Shown: one piece after another, positions 58,358-64,000 of the stretch
Layout of the letters: every line of letters begins with the position of its first letter
How positions within the stretch are numbered: the stretch's first letter is position 1
IMG/VR virus record: IMGVR_UViG_3300035208_004239
Location: 195,611-259,610 of that record
Strand: one strand, 5' to 3'
DNA from: a virus
Taxonomy: Duplodnaviria; Heunggongvirae; Uroviricota; Caudoviricetes
DNA: 64,000 nt
The notes under the pieces: model-generated
The model's database searches: none
Seen by the model: the letters and a program-made list of their open reading frames with translations, nothing else
Told to the model about the DNA's origin: nothing
Program-made: the position numbers and the translations under genes

Positions 58358-60688
58358 ATGAAAGATAATGCAAGAAAATACATATTAAAAACAAGTGAAA
58401 TAATTAGTTGTGGAATTGGAACTAATTATACAAATGTTACTTGTAATAGTTTATTGAATTCATTTACGTTAGATGATGTTAATACATGCTGTATTTGTTG
58501 TATCAATACTTCCACATGTGGTTGTGAAGTAATAAATTCATATCCTGCAATTACTACAGAACAATTATCATCATTATCAGTAATTGATTATGATAGAAGA
58601 GTTATTGATTTTTTAGATAATTTTCAAATCGAAAGTGAAATAACAAAAGAAAATTTATTTAATAATGCAAGTTATTATAATCCAACATATTATGCTGAAC
58701 TTAATTTATTAAATTCAGATTTTATTGTTTATAAAATTTTTGATAATGGAATTCGAATAATTAATGCTGGTCAAGCAAATGGTATATTGGAATATAGAGT
58801 ATCTGGTGTAACGTATAATTCAGGATGGCAAACCAATCCTTCATTTTTTGGTTTAGATTATAATAAAATATATAATTTTGAAATTCGTGATTTTTATAAT
58901 AATATTGAAATATATAAATATTCAAAATTAGTTTCACTAAATTATATATTGGCAAGTACAACAACAACATTACCAATTAAAACAATTAAACTTACACAAA
59001 CTGGCACATATAAGAATAATGCTTATTGTAGTAAATATGGTGTGATAACAGTAACACCACCATTAATTGTTGGTGAAACAATAACATTAAATATTCTTGC
59101 AAATGCATTAACTATTGGTAATGGTGGATCATCTTCAATATTTTTCAATTGTGATACAACAACTACACCATTTTGTAAAATTAATTCATATGAAGTTGAA
59201 AAAGTTGGTGAATTAACTTATTCATATGGTACAACTTTAAAATATACTATTCAAGCTAATTGTGGTACTTATGGTTCACAATCAACAGCTAATTTTTGTT
59301 TAAAAACAATTAATGGTTATGGAACATTTACACCAACAATAGATTCTACAAGTTGTTCTGTTAATATAACTGTTAATGTACAACCTTTAAATATTACAAT
59401 GAGTTTTGGTACTCCAACATCAAAAATTTCAACAACTACTGATTGTGTTATTTGTGGTTCATTTATCATGTCACCAGTAATACCTGCAGGTGAATGTATT
59501 AATATTCATTTAACGGGTATTAATCCAGTACAGGGCGGTACATCAACAACTTATATTATTTGTAAACCTTCGGGTGGCATTGAAACACCTATTGTTACAT
59601 TAAATAGTTCATCATTACAATTTCCAATTGTTAATATGAAATACGGTGATATTATGAAATATTGTATGTTGTTAAATGTTCCAAGTGCAGGATATTGTGC
59701 TTCTGGAATATTGAATTTAATTTGTGGTGATGGTTCTATTGGTGTTAATCCTTCAGTAACAATCGCAACAAGTAGTACTTGTTGTTATTGTTCTTGTAGT
59801 GATGTAGGTAGTTGTTGTATTAATAAAACGATTAATATTCCCAATGTTCCAATATCCATTGCTCTTTGTGCACTTGCTGGTGGTAATAATAGTGAAAATG
59901 GAAATATTACAATTACTCCTGCAATGACATATGCAACACAATATGCAACAGTAATTTATAATCTTACTCAGGCTTCTGTTTGGGGTGGATCAAGTACTTT
60001 CACATTAAATTGTAAACCAAAAGGCAGTGCAAATTATGTTCAAAAAATATTACATACGACTACTTCAGTAAATGGTGAAAATAATACAAATACATTTACT
60101 GGATCATTTACAATAAATCAGGGTGATGCGTTCACATATTGTACATTAGTTTATGGTAATAATTGTTCATGTAGTGATTTTTGTATGACTTCAGTACTTG
60201 GTAGTATTGGAATAATTCCTTCAATTAATTCTACAAAATATAGAAGTTGTCGTAGTCTTTATACTGCTCCGGTTTCGAAAGTAGTTTCACTTTGTAGTAT
60301 AAATGGTTGTATTGGTTGGGAAGCTGGTTGTTTTTGTATAACACCTGTCATGAGTAATAATTGTCAAAGTATTGATATTTATTATAAACTTACTGAATTT
60401 GTTAATAATGGTACAAATACTGTTAATATTTGTTGTGCTTCAAGTAGCTCTGGTTGTTCTATACCTGTTATTAAATGTACACATACTTTAACAAATTCAA
60501 ACACTTATGGAAATAATTATACTGGTTGTATTAGAGTTTGTTGTGGTGATATATTAACTTATTTTATGTGTACAACTGGACAAGCTGGTTCATGTAATGA
60601 TTTATGTATTTGTAAATTAACAAGTAGTCCTGATATTACTGCAACAATTTCATCAACATGTTGGAGAAAATGTTACGTAAAATCATAA
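58358..60688 (+). CDS. Cys-rich repetitive putative virion protein
   Basis: Four ~120-130-aa beta-rich modules (ITP....Y.D...YC) with many Cys. Confidence 0.55.
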   Translation: MKDNARKYILKTSEIISCGIGTNYTNVTCNSLLNSFTLDDVNTCCICCINTSTCGCEVINSYPAITTEQLSSLSVIDYDRRVIDFLDNFQIESEITKENLFNNASYYNPTYYAELNLLNSDFIVYKIFDNGIRIINAGQANGILEYRVSGVTYNSGWQTNPSFFGLDYNKIYNFEIRDFYNNIEIYKYSKLVSLNYILASTTTTLPIKTIKLTQTGTYKNNAYCSKYGVITVTPPLIVGETITLNILANALTIGNGGSSSIFFNCDTTTTPFCKINSYEVEKVGELTYSYGTTLKYTIQANCGTYGSQSTANFCLKTINGYGTFTPTIDSTSCSVNITVNVQPLNITMSFGTPTSKISTTTDCVICGSFIMSPVIPAGECINIHLTGINPVQGGTSTTYIICKPSGGIETPIVTLNSSSLQFPIVNMKYGDIMKYCMLLNVPSAGYCASGILNLICGDGSIGVNPSVTIATSSTCCYCSCSDVGSCCINKTINIPNVPISIALCALAGGNNSENGNITITPAMTYATQYATVIYNLTQASVWGGSSTFTLNCKPKGSANYVQKILHTTTSVNGENNTNTFTGSFTINQGDAFTYCTLVYGNNCSCSDFCMTSVLGSIGIIPSINSTKYRSCRSLYTAPVSKVVSLCSINGCIGWEAGCFCITPVMSNNCQSIDIYYKLTEFVNNGTNTVNICCASSSSGCSIPVIKCTHTLTNSNTYGNNYTGCIRVCCGDILTYFMCTTGQAGSCNDLCICKLTSSPDITATISSTCWRKCYVKS

Positions 60689-60726
60689 ATTAAAATTAAT
60701 TGTATTTATGTTAAAGTCTAAATAAA

Positions 60727-63015
60727 ATGGCATTTATTGATAAAAAAGACCCTGTAGTACTTAATATTAAATTAACTTCAAAAGGTAGGGAGTTATTAGC
60801 TAAAGGATTATTAAATTTTAAATATTTTATTATTGGTGATAGTGAAATTGATTATGAATTTAATGGTTCAAAAAATGATGATGATTATATTAATCCATTT
60901 TATTCAAATATTTTAAGACCTGCAGATAAAAACCCAAATATTATTTCTTTTATAACTAAAAATTTATCTGGTGATAAATACAACACAATTTCAAGTATTC
61001 CAGTAACACCAACGAAAATTAGTAACACAATACAACCTCTTGGATTTTTTAATATATCAAATAATAGTACAAATTTTCTTACAGATACTGATCATGTTAA
61101 ACAACCGGATGTTATGATTGAAATTTCTGGAGTTACTGGTGGAACAATAATTTCTGGTATAACATATAATTTTTTAAAATTAAAAAAATCGCCAACATAT
61201 GTGGCAAATGTTAATGAACCAACAATTGGTGATTTAATTTTAGTTAAATGGACAAATCCTTATGGAATTAATACTACGGGATATACTGTTAATATAAATA
61301 GTCCAACACCATATATAATTTATAAAATTCAGGAAATTGTTTCAGGAAAATTATCTACCGATAATTTAAAAATAATTGTGGATAGAGAATTACCTAATTT
61401 TACCGGAATAACTGGTGGTTCAAATACTATTGTTGCAGGTGCATTGATTTATTATAATTATCTTAATTTTACTGGTGAAACAGCGTATACAAATTATTCT
61501 ACTGATTTTGTTGATGAAAGTGTTTTATCATTTTTACAAAATTGTCAATGTCCAACAATTACTTTTCCATTTTGGAATATGTCAATAATTTATACTGATG
61601 AAATTATTGGTGTTCAAAACGACAATAAAACATTTAAAAGTTTTAATTCAAATGCTTATGGTGGTTTTGTGTCTTATATTCAAAATCAAGCAAAAAATGA
61701 TGTAAATTATAAAAAGAAATTAGGAGTAATTCATTATTCAAATTCTTCACCATCTAATACATATGCTGAAGAATTTTCAATGGTAAATGCAACTAAATTA
61801 CCAACATTATATTTACCGACAATAATGTGGCATAAATCAACGGGCAGTACAATGGGTTTAATTTTAAAACCAACTGGTTCTGTAAAATTAGTGACAGGTG
61901 CTACAACATCATTAAATACACCCTATTACGATTTAGTTGATGAAAGTGGTAATGTTGTCGGTAAAATATTTAACGATCTTAAAATATTTGTTATTGAAGA
62001 TCAGGAATTATTATTTGCAATGTCATATAAATCAAATAGATCGTGGACATTACCTGATTATACTGTTGGTGTAAATGATAATATTTTAGTTGGTTGTCTT
62101 GATTGTACTATTGATTATTTAACTGGTGTTACAATACCTACAAAAATTAGTTATGCTGATGCTAAATTATATATTTCAGGTATTACTGGTACTATTCCTG
62201 TAGATGAAGGTGATTCAATATTGATTCTTTCTGTTAGTGGAACAAGTGGATATGTTTATTTCCATCCAATTACTGGAGATACTATAGTAACTGGTTTAAC
62301 TTCTGGAAATTATGAAATAATGCTTTATGATACGGCTGCTGCTAATTGTCCAGTAAAACTAATTACAATTTTAAATCCAACAAGTTATTTAAATTTTACA
62401 TCAGTTTTACGTAATCCAATTGATTTAAATCCGGATTTTGGAATTAATTATGTAACTACACCTACAAATATTCGTGTATTATATAATGATATTGGTAAAA
62501 TTTATGGTAAAGCATTAATAGCTGTTGCACCATATAGTGAAATTTCTGCTGCACCAGTTTCAAGTAGTTCGAGTTGGAAAACATTTCCAACAATTGGTTA
62601 TGCATCATGGACAACTGAACTTGTTTATAAAAATTCATATTCATTTTATTTACGAGATAGTGGTACTACTGCGGGTACTTTTACTATAAAAAAAGATTAT
62701 GTTCTAATTCCTAATCCATTTAATTCCGCATTTACGGTATCTGGTCAATTAGTAGATGCTGGTGGTAAATATGTAAGGGTTACCAATTATAAAAATACTG
62801 ATTATTTAACAATAATTCCATCGGTGGTTATTGCAGAAATTAGTATATATAAATCAAATTCAGTTCCTGTTGTATGGGAAACAGTTGTATCAAGCAATTC
62901 TCAAAAAATATATCCTAAAGATGGTGCTGGTATATATAAAATAGCATTGAGAGTAAGAAAAAATAAAATAACACAATTTGTAACTACTTATAGTAATACA
63001 ATAATAATTACTTAA
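60727..63015 (+). CDS. putative virion structural protein
   Basis: N-terminal LTSKGRELLAKG..F..F..GDSEIDY motif common in large-phage structural genes. Confidence 0.55.
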   Translation: MAFIDKKDPVVLNIKLTSKGRELLAKGLLNFKYFIIGDSEIDYEFNGSKNDDDYINPFYSNILRPADKNPNIISFITKNLSGDKYNTISSIPVTPTKISNTIQPLGFFNISNNSTNFLTDTDHVKQPDVMIEISGVTGGTIISGITYNFLKLKKSPTYVANVNEPTIGDLILVKWTNPYGINTTGYTVNINSPTPYIIYKIQEIVSGKLSTDNLKIIVDRELPNFTGITGGSNTIVAGALIYYNYLNFTGETAYTNYSTDFVDESVLSFLQNCQCPTITFPFWNMSIIYTDEIIGVQNDNKTFKSFNSNAYGGFVSYIQNQAKNDVNYKKKLGVIHYSNSSPSNTYAEEFSMVNATKLPTLYLPTIMWHKSTGSTMGLILKPTGSVKLVTGATTSLNTPYYDLVDESGNVVGKIFNDLKIFVIEDQELLFAMSYKSNRSWTLPDYTVGVNDNILVGCLDCTIDYLTGVTIPTKISYADAKLYISGITGTIPVDEGDSILILSVSGTSGYVYFHPITGDTIVTGLTSGNYEIMLYDTAAANCPVKLITILNPTSYLNFTSVLRNPIDLNPDFGINYVTTPTNIRVLYNDIGKIYGKALIAVAPYSEISAAPVSSSSSWKTFPTIGYASWTTELVYKNSYSFYLRDSGTTAGTFTIKKDYVLIPNPFNSAFTVSGQLVDAGGKYVRVTNYKNTDYLTIIPSVVIAEISIYKSNSVPVVWETVVSSNSQKIYPKDGAGIYKIALRVRKNKITQFVTTYSNTIIIT

Positions 63016-63017
63016 TT

Positions 63018-64000
63018 ATGTCAAGTATTCAATATAAAATTTGTGGTAATAAACCACCATTTCTTGCACAAGTTTGGAACTGTACAGAAACAACAATTAT
63101 TCAACAAAAAGGTGTTGATTTTTCTGGTACTTGTGTAGTATTTAATGGATTATCTCCAAGTACATGGCATTGTGTAAAAACAATTGATAATATTGGTAAA
63201 GTAATTGGTTTTAGTTGCTGTACTTGTGCAGCAATCATTCCTAAAGTTTTAGTTTCAAAAACATTATCATTATATGGTACAGTTTCCAATATTTCAACAT
63301 CAAGTACTATTGTTGGAACAAGAACACTTAATATAAATCCTGTGTTGGTTGCAAGTGATGATTATTCAGTTAAATTTAATATTATAACTTGTGATAAAGG
63401 AAACACTTCAAATCTTGTTAGGTTATATTGTAATGGTACTGCTTTAAGTCCATATTATTTAAACACGAATAATACTTGTTCTCGTACTCTTTCTTTAAAT
63501 TATGGTGATACTTTAACGTATGATATGGCTACAACATTAACCAATACTTCAACAACTGTTGGTTGTGGTTGTGCAATACTTCAAATTGTTAGTGGTGCAA
63601 GTAGTGCATTTCAACCAGTGGTTTCTACAACCGCTTATTGTAAAAAAACATCTCTAACCTTGGCTTCAACAACTACTACTACTACTACTACAACTGCTGC
63701 CCCATCATTAATATATGTTGGATTTACAATACCACATATTAATATTAATAGTAGTATTGAAAAATCATATTATACAACATTAAAAACATCAAGACCATTA
63801 ATTGAAGGACAATCATTTAAATTAAAAATAAATTCATTTGCACTTGTTGATGCACATGATGCATTATTTCATAAATCAAGCGCATGTGTAGCATATTATT
63901 TAAATACTGTAAAACAAGTATGTGGTGAAGTAGTTAAGATAGTTAATAATTCCGGATATGCCCATTCACCTTTAAATGCAATTTCATATATTACGATAAA
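63018..64000 (+). CDS. Cys/Thr-rich putative virion protein, runs off the window edge
   Basis: ATG at 63018; open frame MSSIQYKICGNKPPF... with a poly-Thr linker; similar in style to ORF 58358. Confidence 0.65.
   Translation, partial: MSSIQYKICGNKPPFLAQVWNCTETTIIQQKGVDFSGTCVVFNGLSPSTWHCVKTIDNIGKVIGFSCCTCAAIIPKVLVSKTLSLYGTVSNISTSSTIVGTRTLNINPVLVASDDYSVKFNIITCDKGNTSNLVRLYCNGTALSPYYLNTNNTCSRTLSLNYGDTLTYDMATTLTNTSTTVGCGCAILQIVSGASSAFQPVVSTTAYCKKTSLTLASTTTTTTTTTAAPSLIYVGFTIPHININSSIEKSYYTTLKTSRPLIEGQSFKLKINSFALVDAHDALFHKSSACVAYYLNTVKQVCGEVVKIVNNSGYAHSPLNAISYITI

Noticed and set aside
278..63289. Other short ORFs in the track that lie inside long + strand genes (e.g. 278, 7409, 8142, 13878, 29781, 39595, 47550, 63101)
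   Set aside because: They fully overlap well-supported genes and show no motifs; expected by chance
63665..63697. act/aca trinucleotide microsatellite as a contingency locus
   Set aside because: It is an in-frame poly-Thr linker with mixed codons

Overview
This is a very AT-rich, densely coding window, almost all on the + strand. It looks like part of a large, jumbo-type myovirus-like phage of a Bacteroidota host: it has TAnnTTTG promoters, gp25/gp6-like baseplate genes, a family B DNA polymerase, an SNF2 helicase with an intein, many homing endonucleases, tail/adhesin genes and several glycosyltransferases. It appears to use the standard genetic code. The most striking feature is the ~1.1 kb non-coding block at 5097-6207. 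One promoter-to-terminator unit holds an intact tRNA-Met plus six RNAs that share a conserved strand (consensus ~GGRRAACUGAUUGUGUUUUCAGUAAA) pairing, with compensatory changes, to a partner strand. This shared stem is joined to tRNA bodies in three ways: inserted in the D-loop (twice), extending a truncated acceptor stem, and replacing the variable loop of a circularly permuted tRNA. It also occurs twice on its own. The array lies directly upstream of a divergent Ro60/TROVE-like vWA protein and an ARPP-like protein, which suggests an undescribed phage Ro/Y-RNA-like system of tRNA chimeras. Elsewhere are an RNA-repair-like cluster (CCA-type NTase with two 2H domains; HAD-SAK fused to an ART-like domain), a kinase-GNAT-ART polyvalent protein, a perfect 53-bp inverted repeat beside a reverse-strand primase/helicase-like block, and a recurrent GTATTTAT upstream motif. 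All protein family calls come from reading motifs by eye, not from database searches.
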